Made by a program: the position numbers and the translations under genes. The notes beneath the pieces were generated by a model. It saw nothing but the letters and a program-made list of their open reading frames with translations, searched no databases and was not told the DNA's origin. A stretch of DNA of 64,000 nucleotides. Origin: an uncultured Planctomycetota bacterium (GTDB lineage Bacteria; Planctomycetota; Planctomycetia; Isosphaerales; Isosphaeraceae). Location: positions 64,001 through 128,000 of the forward strand of contig CAWJTV010000012.1 of NCBI GenBank assembly GCA_963845755.1, written 5' to 3'. Positions 53,087-62,824 of the stretch are shown one piece after another. Positions within the stretch are counted from its first letter, which is position 1. Every line of letters begins with the position of its first letter.

Positions 53087-54778
53087 TCACCCCGACGGTT
53101 GCGTGGAAAAAGAGACGGGCTTGACCCGTTCACCTCGCAAAACTCGGACGATCGCGTCCTGCCGGACGGAAGCCGTTCTCGCCGGTTCCACGGGGAGAGA
53201 GTCATGGCCCGCCCGCCACTTCACGGTGTCGATCAATCTGGGCGAGCCGGCGATGTATCCCTCGGGAGAGGCAATCAGCCACTCGGTCTGCGGGGCCGCC
53301 GTTTCGGGGCTTGCCGAGGACACCAGGCTGGGGGGCTGGACGAGAAGCGCGATTAACCTGCCTGAGCCGGTGTCCCACAGCCGAACCAGACCGTCCCAGC
53401 CCCCGGCCGCGGCGACGCGAGCATCGTCGGTGATGGCGACCGAATACTGCCATTCGGTCGGGCCGGCGAGCTGTCGAAGCGATGCGCCGGTCGTGCCGTC
53501 CCAGAGCCGGACCGAGCGGTCTCCGCCCGCAGAGATCAACCGGCGGCCATCGCCGCTGAATGCAAGTTGATGGACGGGCCCGCCATGTCCACCCCTCCGC
53601 GACACGGGCTTGTCGCCGTCGAGGGTCCACCAGCGGATCTGCGGCTCTTCACCCGCCGTGACAAAGCGCGTGCCGTCCGGATGCGCCGCCAGGGCCATGA
53701 CATCCTGGCTATGGCCGCTGTAGGTATGCTCCTCTCGGAGAGACCGGACGTCGATCCGTTTGATCGTCCGGTCCTTGCCGGCCGTCAGCACATGCCGACC
53801 ATCTGGGGTATAGGCCACCGCGTAGACGAAATCGGAATGACCTTGAAATGTCCCGGTAGACCGGCCCTGTCCGAGATCCCAGAAACGCACGGTCTGATCG
53901 AAGGAGGCCGTGGCGAGCTCGGCGCCGTCGGGCCGCAGGGCTAGTGCGAAGACCACATCATTGTGGCCGGAGAAGTCGTGAATCTGCTTGGCGTCCGGGA
54001 CCGAATAGATCCGAGCCACACCCGACCGTGCCGGCAAGCCGGCTCCGACGGCCAATCGTCGTCCATCGCGACTGAATGCGAGGGCATGCACCGGTCCCGG
54101 AATCCCGAGGATCACGCCCGCAGGCTGGCCGTCAACGAGATCCCAGAGCACGACCTGACCATAAGTCCCCACGGCCAGCAGCCGGTTGTCGCCGCGGAAC
54201 GCCAGGGAACGCACGGCCGGCAACGGGCCGGCCGACACGACGATTGCCATCGGGCCGCCCCGAGTCGTATTCAACGTCTTCGGTGGGACCTTGACATCCG
54301 TGGGAATCACGACGTCCAGCGCGGGGCCTCCTCGCGGCGATCTCGTCGGAATGCCGGCCGTGACCTCGGGGACACTGGCCTTCTTCGCGGATCGGATCCC
54401 TCGCGGCGCACCGGCATCGATCCAGCGGCCGATGAGTTCGCGCTGAGATCGGGGTAGAGGGTCTTCCTGCAGTGGCATCCGCCGATCCTCGTCCGCGTCC
54501 GCGAGTCGGCGCACCAACTCGCTCTCGGCCGATCGGCCCGGTACGACCACCTTGTGACGCTTGGTCCCCGCCAGGATCGCGTCGAACGTGTCGAGCACCA
54601 GTCCGCCCGAGAGGTCGGGGTCCTCTCGATGCTTGACACTGTGGCAAATCGTGCAGCGCCGGACGAGGATCGGCTTGATTTCCCGCTCGTACGTCGGGGG
54701 TGTCGGCTCCGCAGCGCATACGGAACCCCCCGGCCCCGCGAGTCCGGCTAGGAGCCCGGCCAGTGCGGTTCTGAGCAT
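53087..54778 (-). CDS. planctomycete cytochrome c domain + WD40 repeat protein
   Basis: CTICH heme motif, MPL..WIDAGA; WD40 repeats GH...ASFDQTVRFWD. Confidence 0.9.
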   Translation of the reverse strand: MLRTALAGLLAGLAGPGGSVCAAEPTPPTYEREIKPILVRRCTICHSVKHREDPDLSGGLVLDTFDAILAGTKRHKVVVPGRSAESELVRRLADADEDRRMPLQEDPLPRSQRELIGRWIDAGAPRGIRSAKKASVPEVTAGIPTRSPRGGPALDVVIPTDVKVPPKTLNTTRGGPMAIVVSAGPLPAVRSLAFRGDNRLLAVGTYGQVVLWDLVDGQPAGVILGIPGPVHALAFSRDGRRLAVGAGLPARSGVARIYSVPDAKQIHDFSGHNDVVFALALRPDGAELATASFDQTVRFWDLGQGRSTGTFQGHSDFVYAVAYTPDGRHVLTAGKDRTIKRIDVRSLREEHTYSGHSQDVMALAAHPDGTRFVTAGEEPQIRWWTLDGDKPVSRRGGHGGPVHQLAFSGDGRRLISAGGDRSVRLWDGTTGASLRQLAGPTEWQYSVAITDDARVAAAGGWDGLVRLWDTGSGRLIALLVQPPSLVSSASPETAAPQTEWLIASPEGYIAGSPRLIDTVKWRAGHDSLPVEPARTASVRQDAIVRVLRGERVKPVSFSTQPSG

Positions 54779-54857
54779 CGTCAAACCTCGGGGCTGATGC
54801 CCCGAGCGATAAGAGACCGCTCCGAACTCGGGGGTCGAATCCATCTCCGGCTCGCCT

Positions 54858-57362
54858 CTAATGGTTAAACAGAAACTCCTTGGAGTTGAGCAAGGCCCAG
54901 AATAGGTCCTGGGCCCCAGCGGACCGAGTCGGAGCCTCCGACAGGATCGTTTTCGCTCGTGTCGTCTCGGCGGCCGAGGGAGTCCGGTTGAACGTGAGAA
55001 GATAAAGACGGCTGATGAGGGCCGGTTCGGGGAGCTTGGGGTCCCGGAGCAGCCTCGCCAACCGACCATCGGGCTGGAGCAGCTTGCGATTCAGGAGATC
55101 GCCATTCATCAGGTGGAGGGCCTGGCTGAGATTCGGGTCGCCCGACCGCTCGCACTCACAGGCGATGGCGCGGACGGGCCGACCGAACGTATCGAGGAAG
55201 TAAGACGCATAGTTGGTATCCGGCAGTGCGATGGCGCGCGTCCCGGAGGGAAGCTTGGGAAACTTCTCCAGTGTCCCGGTGGCGGCATCGATCGCATCGA
55301 GCAACTGCTCGGCGGTCAGTCGCTTGATGGTGTAGTGGGTGAAGAAGGTCGAGTCGAGCCGGTTGTCGGGTGTGGGCATCGCGCTGAGTTGATAGACCCG
55401 GCTGGTCAGGATCTGCCGCAAGAGGGCTTTCAGATTGTAGCCGGAGTCGATGAAGGATCCGGCCAGCGCGTCCAGCAGAGCCGGGTTGGACGGGGGGTTG
55501 GTCTCGCGGAGGTCGTCGATTGGGTTGACGAGTCCCCGGCCCATCAAGTAGCCCCAATAACGGTTGGCCACATTACGGGCCAGCCAGCGTGGGTTCCGGA
55601 CAGTCAACCATTTCGCCAGCGCTCGACGGCGGTCGACCGGGTCGTCGGCCGGAGCATCACCGAGGGGGCGCGGGGCCATCTTCTTGCCGGTCCGCGGCTG
55701 GAAGACTTCTCCGTCCTTGGCGACGTAGACGACCTGCTCGCCACCGAACAGGCCGAAATCGTCGCTCCGCTTCGAACGCACCCGGGCGAAATAGGCAGCT
55801 AGGCTGTAGTAATCATCCTGGCCGTACGATTCAAACGGATGATGGTGGCACTTGGCACATTGGAGTCGCACCCCCATGAAGACCTGGGCGGTCGTCTCGG
55901 CGAGGTCCGCGGGACTCCTGGCGACCCGATAATAGTTCGCCGGACCGCTACGGAAGATCGAGCCCTGCGCCGTGATCAGCTCGTCGACCATCTGGTCAAC
56001 CGGCTTGTTCGACGAAAACGACTCACGGAGCCAGAGGTTGAACGCCAGCATCCCCTGGGCTCCGAGCTTCTGGGAGTCGATGCGCAGCAAGTCGCCCCAC
56101 TTGAGCGTCCAGAAGTCCGCGTATTCGGGTCGATCGAGCAGCCGATCCACAAGACGGATTCGTTTCTCGGGATCGCGATCGGCCAGGAAGTCTTCGACCT
56201 CGTCCGGAGTTGGGGTCGTTCCGATCGTGTCGAGCATGGCGCGGCGGAGGAATTCGGCGTCGGAACAAGGAGGCGACGGGACGAGCCCCAGTTCCCGCCA
56301 CTTGCCCGCGGATCGTGCATCCAGGATGTTGGTCGAGGTGAATGCAAACGGCTTTTCGGGACCGAACGGGACCGTGAGCCGGGCCATCGCCGGCAGGCCC
56401 TGGTACCGGACCATGACGTTGGCTTCGCCCCGGCCGATCGTCTTGGCCACGCCCGAGGGCCGCACGGTGGCCACGGCCTCGTTGAGAGTGTCGAATCGGG
56501 CGTCGGCGGTCACGTCGCGTTCGATACCGTTGCTAAAGATCGCCATGACGGTCAGGTGTTGCTCCTCACCAGGCTCCATCACCCGTTGCGTGGGATACAC
56601 CTTCAGGCCGACAACCCGCGGGTCGTCCTCGATCGGTCCCGGAACACCGTTTTCGAGCCAGAGGGTCAGGAGGCGATAGGCGGCAGAACCGGCGTCCATC
56701 TTCTTGCCGCCGCCGTGCGCCACGGCGAGGGTCGGCTTGAGCAGGATCAAGCTTTCCTCGGGAGCAAACGGCGTGACCCGACGCGCCTCGGCGCTCTTGA
56801 CGATCGCCGTGTAATCGGCCTCCGGCTCGAAGCCCAGCAGCGAGAGTTTGAATCCCCCCTTGCCGTGCTGAGCACCATGGCAAACGCCCTGGTTGCAGCC
56901 CAACTTGGTCAGCCGCGGCTCGATCTCATTACGGAAACTGACCTGCCGTGGCCGGGAAACTCCGCTCACCTCGACGGGAATGCGCGCGATCGCCGAACCC
57001 GCTCGCACGACCAGGTCAACCGTTCCATCGGCCAATGGTCGGATCGTACGGTCGGGCGCGATCGTCACCCGACCCGGCTTCGAGGCCGCGATCCGAGCCT
57101 CGGCGGTGAGGTCTCGCTCCGAACGGTCGGCCGCAACGCCGAGAACGACCAGGCGCTGGGTCGCCTCGGGACCGAAGAGCCGAACCTTTCCCGGGTAGAC
57201 CTCAAGACGCTGGACCGGCCTCGCTGCGCCTCGAGTCTCGGCACTTCGAGCGGCCTGTGCACCGATCAGGCAGACTGCGAGCGTCACCCCAGCCCAGGCT
57301 AATTGAACCGGCGCCGATCCATAGCGGGCTATCGAGAGACGGAGGAACGACGTCGGCGTCAT
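54858..57362 (-). CDS. DUF1549/DUF1553 (PSCyt2/PSD1) protein with Ig-like domains
   Basis: GCNQGVCHG, EFLRRAMLD, QCAKCHHHP, NRYWGYLMGRGLV, CECER, EFLFNH C-terminus. Confidence 0.93.
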   Translation of the reverse strand: MTPTSFLRLSIARYGSAPVQLAWAGVTLAVCLIGAQAARSAETRGAARPVQRLEVYPGKVRLFGPEATQRLVVLGVAADRSERDLTAEARIAASKPGRVTIAPDRTIRPLADGTVDLVVRAGSAIARIPVEVSGVSRPRQVSFRNEIEPRLTKLGCNQGVCHGAQHGKGGFKLSLLGFEPEADYTAIVKSAEARRVTPFAPEESLILLKPTLAVAHGGGKKMDAGSAAYRLLTLWLENGVPGPIEDDPRVVGLKVYPTQRVMEPGEEQHLTVMAIFSNGIERDVTADARFDTLNEAVATVRPSGVAKTIGRGEANVMVRYQGLPAMARLTVPFGPEKPFAFTSTNILDARSAGKWRELGLVPSPPCSDAEFLRRAMLDTIGTTPTPDEVEDFLADRDPEKRIRLVDRLLDRPEYADFWTLKWGDLLRIDSQKLGAQGMLAFNLWLRESFSSNKPVDQMVDELITAQGSIFRSGPANYYRVARSPADLAETTAQVFMGVRLQCAKCHHHPFESYGQDDYYSLAAYFARVRSKRSDDFGLFGGEQVVYVAKDGEVFQPRTGKKMAPRPLGDAPADDPVDRRRALAKWLTVRNPRWLARNVANRYWGYLMGRGLVNPIDDLRETNPPSNPALLDALAGSFIDSGYNLKALLRQILTSRVYQLSAMPTPDNRLDSTFFTHYTIKRLTAEQLLDAIDAATGTLEKFPKLPSGTRAIALPDTNYASYFLDTFGRPVRAIACECERSGDPNLSQALHLMNGDLLNRKLLQPDGRLARLLRDPKLPEPALISRLYLLTFNRTPSAAETTRAKTILSEAPTRSAGAQDLFWALLNSKEFLFNH

Positions 57363-57520
57363 TGTGGTGGCTCCTTCGGGAACGATCGCGGAGTGCCGGC
57401 GACCTCATGCGGATGGTGTGTGTTTCCCTACCGTCGCCAGAGCGCCTTCTCTTACCGAGGTTGGAAGGAATCCTCAATCATGTTCAGAAGGTCATGCGCC
57501 GGGTAGCCGGACCTACGACC

Positions 57521-57535
57521 CATTGTTTAACAATG
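57521..57535. promoter_or_regulatory. AT-rich perfect palindrome, candidate TF operator between divergent genes
   Basis: CATTGTT-T-AACAATG. Confidence 0.4.
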
Positions 57536-57792
57536 ATTGTTTTTTCCTCCAAACGCAAGGCTCTGCCGCTACAAATCCTATTGGGGCAACATCAACCCCG
57601 ACGTAGCGCTGTCTTTCCCGGCCGAGTCTCGCAATTCGTCGAGCTGGAACGCCTGAACTAACGGATCATTTCTGGTACAGGAACCCAGTGATGGCTGGTT
57701 CCTGTCGCCCTGAGATTGGCGCCTTGTGGGCACCTCGCTTTTCGAACTATCATGGGACGAAGGAATGAATCTCCTTCTCGTGAGGACCAGCC

Positions 57793-59868
57793 ATGATGCG
57801 CGTCGCTCGTCTTTCCTTCGCGCTCGCTTTGCTCGTGTGCGTACGCACCGGCGTAATGGCCCAGCAGTATGCCGACCCCGAGTTCGATGCGAAGGTCGAT
57901 CGCCCGGCCTTTACGGACCGACATCCGCTGGTGCTCATCGACGGGGCCCATCATAACTTCCACACTGCGACCGGGCGTTACAAGCCGTTCGCCGACCTAC
58001 TCAAGAGCGACGGTTACCTCGTCGAGCCAAACAAGCGGAAGTTCACGTCCGAGGCGCTGAAGGGGTGCGCGGTCCTCGTAGTGGCGAACGCCCAGGGGCG
58101 CCGGCGATGAGGAACCCGGCGGCGGCGAACCCCGCGTTCGAGCCGGCCGAATGCGATGCCGTCCACGACTGGGTCCGGTCGGGGGGATGCCTCCTGCTCG
58201 TCGCCGACCATCATCCGTGGGGCCTCTCGAGCGAACGATTGGCGGCGCGGCTTGGTGTGGATATGGGGAAGAGCACGACCTATGACCCGGGCAATTCGGA
58301 GACCCGCATGCCCGGGCTATTGAACTTCAGCCGCGTGAATGGACTGATCGGCGACCACCCGATCCTCAGGGGCCGGGACGGTGCGGAGCGCATCGATCGA
58401 ATCCTCGCGTTCACCGGCCAGTCGCTCAAGGGGCCCGAGGGCGCGGTCGCACTGCTTCCCCTTTCCCGGTCGGCCGTCGACCAGCCTCGTCCGGAAGTCC
58501 CGGGCCGCGAGGGATCGGCTGCCGGACGTGCCCAGGGGCTGGCGTTCACGCTGGGTCGGGGCCGCGTCGTCGTGCTGGGGGAGGCCGCGATGCTCTCGGC
58601 ACAGATCAACGGCCGCCGCCCCGTTGGTATGAACGTCCCGGGGACGAATAACCGGCAGTTCGCGCTTAACGTCATGCACTGGCTCTCGGGCGAGGACTTC
58701 CCCGCGTATGGGGAGACCATCGCTGGCAATCCGAAGTCGAAGCCCCCGGGGAATGCCGGCGCCGCGAACGCACCGACCCATCCGCTCTCTTCGGCCGAGA
58801 TCGCCGCGGAGTCGGAACCCTCGATCGCCCTGATCACGGGGGGTGATGGATCGGTCGGCACCGGCTTCCTCGTCCGCCCCGACATCCTCGCGACGAACGC
58901 GCACGTGATCGACGGCGCATTCCTGACCTACGTGCGCGTGCGGTTCCCCTCCGCCGAGAAGCCGCAGCAAGGCCCCTTCCCCGCCGAGCTGCTCTACGAA
59001 GACACGCGCCGCGACCTCGCGTTCCTGAGGGTGAAGTCGGCGCTCCCACCGCTCCGCGTTGCCCCGACCTACAAGTTCCGCAAGGGCGAGGACGTCACCG
59101 CGATCGGCAACCCCGGCGCGGGGGGCGAGCTGATCCTCGAGAACGCCATCAGCCGCGGGCTCATGAGCACCAGGACCTCGCTGGAAGGCCAGCGATATTA
59201 TCAACTCTCGATCGCGGTCAACCCGGGCAATTCTGGCGGCCCGGTGTTCAACTCCTATGGCGCGGTCATCGGCGTGGTGACGCGCAAGAGTGTGGAACAG
59301 GAGGCGCTGGCGTTCTGCATCCCGGTCGAGGACCTCAACCTCGCGATCGAGAAGGTGGTCTCCTTTCCCCAGGATGCGATCGACCGGGAGCAGTCGCAGC
59401 ACCGCCTGATCTTGACGGTGAAAGAGCTCGGTGGCGGCGGGGCGCTCTGACTGCTCGGCGTTGACCTACCGGCGGAGCAATGCAACGGCCGACGCGAAAG
59501 ATCGGCAGCCGGCCACGTATTACGACGCGGCCATCAACCACCTCGAAAGGCAGACATTCCCCAGGCTGAGGGAGGAACTCGGCCGGGTCCGCGGCGATGT
59601 TCACGTTCCCCAGTCGCAGCGCGAGAAGATCGGTCAGCTCGCCGACAACCTCGAAAAACTCAAAGGACTCTACGCGGCCGACAACCGAACCAAGGGGGGA
59701 AACGACCCGCTTTCGAATCTGAGGTCCACGCATCGCCGGTTGCTCATCGAGCTATGTAAATCGCTAAAGCTCGAGGTCCCCCTCAACGTCCTCTTCTCGC
59801 TGGGAGACCCTTTGGAATCGGGCAACAACAAAGGCTCGTCGAAAGACAGCTCAACTCCGAAGAAGTGA
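57793..59868 (+). CDS. secreted DUF4350-like domain + trypsin-like serine protease fusion; frameshifts near 58097 and 59448
   Basis: Signal peptide; IDGAHHNFHT, GGCLLLVADH, GRGRVVVLGE; protease triad TNAHV / DLAFL / GNSGGP. Confidence 0.8.
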
Positions 59869-60021
59869 TGGAACGAAGCTCGAGAACGACGCGACGGGCA
59901 CTCCTGGCCAGCCTACGGCATCCGGCCCAGTCGTGATGGGAATCGTCTCGTTGGCCGGCAGCGAGACGTCGAGCCGTTCCATTGGATCGAATTGTTGGCT
60001 TCGACCGACGCGGGTAGTCGG

Positions 60022-60961
60022 TCAGTGTGTGATCACAAGTTTCGGCAGTGATTCCTGGAGTCTTAGCACTCCGGCATCGGTCACATGTGTGCCTTCGAGA
60101 TATAACTTCCGGAGGTTGGTCAGCCCTTTCACGTGATCCAGACCGGCATCGCTGATCGTTGTTCCCGTGATGGATAGCTCCCGGAGGTTGGTCAGTCCTG
60201 TCAGGTGAGTGGGTCCGACATCGGTGATCCGAGTGCGGTCAAGGGACAGCTCTCTGAGGCTGGTCATGGCCTCGAGATGTTTCATTCCGGCGTCGCCGAC
60301 CTGCGTTCCTCCGAGGTGGAGGCGCTGGAGGTTGGTCATCCCTCTGAAGGCGACGAGTCCCGCATCCGTGATACTCGTCTGGAGCAGGTTCAGGAATTCG
60401 AGGCGGGTCAAGCCCTGCAAATGCCTGAGCCCGGCATCAGTGATCTTGACGTTGAAGAGGTCCAGCCATTCGAGACTCGTCAAGGGCTCGAGGTGTTTCA
60501 TCCCCTCGTCGGTGATGGGCGCCGCTTCGAGGCCTAGCAACTTCAGCCGATCCAGGCCCTCGAGGTAGGCCAGGCCCGCATCGGTCACCTGTGATCCGTT
60601 AAGGCTCAGTTGCTCCAGGCGGCCGAGAGACCCGGCGACGTGGCTCAACTCGGCATCGGTTGACTGCGGGCCGCCCAGTCCGACCGAGACGACGTCGCCG
60701 AAGAAGTCCCGACCCACGCGTTCCACCAGCCATCGCGGCCACCAAGGCTCGGCGTTCGAGGCCGGCCGGCCGTTTTGCATTTCCCATTCATACCAGTAGT
60801 GGCCGCCCGCTCGTTCGATCGCGATCACCGCCGCCGCGTTGAACCCGCGCCCGATGGACCATCCAGCCCAGAACCGCGCCAATAATCAGCACGAGGAGAA
60901 TCAACGCTCGCACGCTGACGCGTATGTAACTCCACCAGCGTCGTGAGAGGGGTTGGTCCAT
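60022..60961 (-). CDS. membrane-anchored leucine-rich repeat protein; frameshift near 60830
   Basis: RVSVRALILLVL TM; 24-aa repeats LxxLxLxxTxITDAGLxHL. Confidence 0.88.
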
Positions 60962-61094
60962 GACGAGCCTTCTGCGTCGGCGGATTCGAAATCTCAGATT
61001 CCGGATACGTGATTCCGGGTCTCCCAACTCTTCATATTACAAAAGTCGGAGGCGGACCTCAACTGGCTTGTTGAGAGTCTTCTCGGGGCGTCGC

Positions 61095-62228
61095 TCATCG
61101 GAACGAGATCCGATCGTTGCAGAAACGTTTCAGCTTATCCTGGTCGATCTCGACGCCCAGACCGGGGCGGGACGGGATCGTCAGAAGCCCCTGATCGTCG
61201 AGGTGGAAGGGTTCGGCGGTGAGCTCATCGATATAAGGGCTTGGGGTCAGGTACTCGACGTAGCGGGCAACGGGGATGGCGGCGGAGAGCTGGAGATCCG
61301 CCGCAAGGCCGACGACGGTGTTCCAGCCGTGGGGGACGACCTGGACGTTATGGTCGTATGCCAGCCAGGCGATGCGCCGGGATTCGCTCAGCCCGCCGTT
61401 CTTGGTGCAATCGGGCTGGAGAATGTCGACGGCGCGGTTTTCGATCCAGGGCCGAAACGATTGCCGGCGCGTCAGAACCTCTCCGCCGGCGATCGGCACG
61501 GGAGAGACCCGCGTCAAGGCGATGTATCCGTCGAGGTCATCCGGCGGTAGCGGCTCCTCGAACCATGTGATTCCGAAGTCGGCGAGCATCTCCGCCGTAT
61601 TGCGAGCCCAGTTCGTCCCGTGTGGCCAGAACTGCTCGCTGCCGCCGGCGTCGACCATCAACTCGACGGAGTCGCCGACGGCCCGGCGGGCCGTCCTCAC
61701 TAGCAGTTCGTCGAACGCGCGGTCACGCCTCCCGAACGGCCGCCAGCCGACCTTGATCGAGCGGAATCCTCGCGATACGACCTCGGAGAGCCTCCGCGCA
61801 AGCGGCTCCGGCTCGTCGAAGAGGATGGAGGCGTAAGGGCGGATTGTCCGCCGATAATCGCCCCCGAGGAGTCGCGAGACAGGCTGACCGCAGGCTTTTC
61901 CCATCAGGTCCCAGAGCGCGATGTCGATTCCACTGATCGCATGCTCGACCGATCCCCCTCGCCCTTGCCAGAAGGCCGCCTGCCGTAACGACTCCGAGAC
62001 CCGCTCCGGTTCGACGGCCGATTGTCCTCTCAGGAGCGGCCAGATCAGCTCCACGGCCCCGGCGACCAGGCGGCCCGAGGTGAAACAGCTCCCGAAACCT
62101 TCGAGGCCCTCGTCCGTCCTCAGGATGAGGAGGGTGTGCAGGTTCTCCTGCAACTCGAGTCCCTCCGGCCAGCCTCCATCCACGGCCGCCCCGCTCAATG
62201 GGCAGACCTCAATCGATCGGATGCTCAT
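61095..62228 (-). CDS. mandelate racemase/muconate lactonizing enzyme family protein
   Basis: IDIALWDLMGK, KVG, LMVDAG, WFEEP, GGE, QPD, HGW. Confidence 0.92.
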   Translation of the reverse strand: MSIRSIEVCPLSGAAVDGGWPEGLELQENLHTLLILRTDEGLEGFGSCFTSGRLVAGAVELIWPLLRGQSAVEPERVSESLRQAAFWQGRGGSVEHAISGIDIALWDLMGKACGQPVSRLLGGDYRRTIRPYASILFDEPEPLARRLSEVVSRGFRSIKVGWRPFGRRDRAFDELLVRTARRAVGDSVELMVDAGGSEQFWPHGTNWARNTAEMLADFGITWFEEPLPPDDLDGYIALTRVSPVPIAGGEVLTRRQSFRPWIENRAVDILQPDCTKNGGLSESRRIAWLAYDHNVQVVPHGWNTVVGLAADLQLSAAIPVARYVEYLTPSPYIDELTAEPFHLDDQGLLTIPSRPGLGVEIDQDKLKRFCNDRISFR

Positions 62229-62478
62229 CGCGGACTCCCCGTTGCGCCTCGGGCCGTTGATTCCCGGAACAACTCGAACGAAGCCTTCCATCCGAGAATC
62301 ATACCGACTCCGGGTGGGATCTCCAGAAGGACTAGAGGTCGCGTGACGCGTCTCTAACGCCGGGCGCGCCGTTGCTACCGTGCCGCACATCCATTAACCT
62401 GGTATCGTGTGGGAGCCGCCCGATTCTCGTCAGAAGTCCTGCCACGGCCGGTAATATCGGGGTCCGGTCAAGGAGAGA

Positions 62479-62507
62479 TTGACGCAAAACGGCTTATGGT
62501 TTAGAGT
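62479..62507 (+). promoter_or_regulatory. sigma70 promoter of tRNA-Ser
   Basis: TTGACG-N17-TAGAGT. Confidence 0.7.
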
Positions 62508-62518
62508 TAGATAGTCTC

Positions 62519-62605
62519 GGAGAGGTGACCGAGAGGCCGAAGGTGCGGCACTGGAAATGCCGTGTGGTGTCACAGCCACCGTGGGTTCGAATCCCACCCT
62601 CTCCG
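62519..62605 (+). tRNA. tRNA-Ser(GGA), CCA not encoded
   Basis: GGAGAGG/CCTCTCC acceptor stem, CGGCA-CTGGAAA-TGCCG anticodon arm, long variable arm, GTTCGAATCC T-loop, discriminator G. Confidence 0.96.
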
Positions 62606-62623
62606 CTTGTTAGTGATTAGAAT

Positions 62624-62669
62624 GCCGGGTGTTAAGTCGCGATCCTCGCGGCTGCCGCCCGGCTTTTTT
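62624..62669 (+). terminator. probable intrinsic terminator after the tRNA
   Basis: GCCGGG...CCCGGC stem followed by TTTTTT. Confidence 0.55.
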
Positions 62670-62670
62670 C

Positions 62671-62763
62671 CTGGCTTAATCGCCCTGGCTTAATCCGCTG
62701 GCTTAAAGCGGGTCGGTGGAAGGTAGGCCAGGACGAACCCGCTGGGCGGCACCGTTGGCTTAA
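62671..62763 (+). repeat. four (C)TGGCTTAA direct repeats, integrase arm-type site candidates
   Basis: Copies at 62671, 62685, 62698 and 62756. Confidence 0.65.
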
Positions 62764-62824
62764 GTATCAAGCCTTGGAAGTGGGCGGCGGATCGCGCTAT
62801 CGCCGATACCCCATGTCAAAGCGC

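Noticed and set aside
2363..54860. Genome-wide TAG reassignment (alternative code or pyrrolysine)
   Set aside because: TAG ends rex, larB, a Gfo/Idh/MocA gene and the DUF1549 gene at plausible or canonical C-termini (EFLFNH*); no pyl genes or suppressor tRNA in the window.
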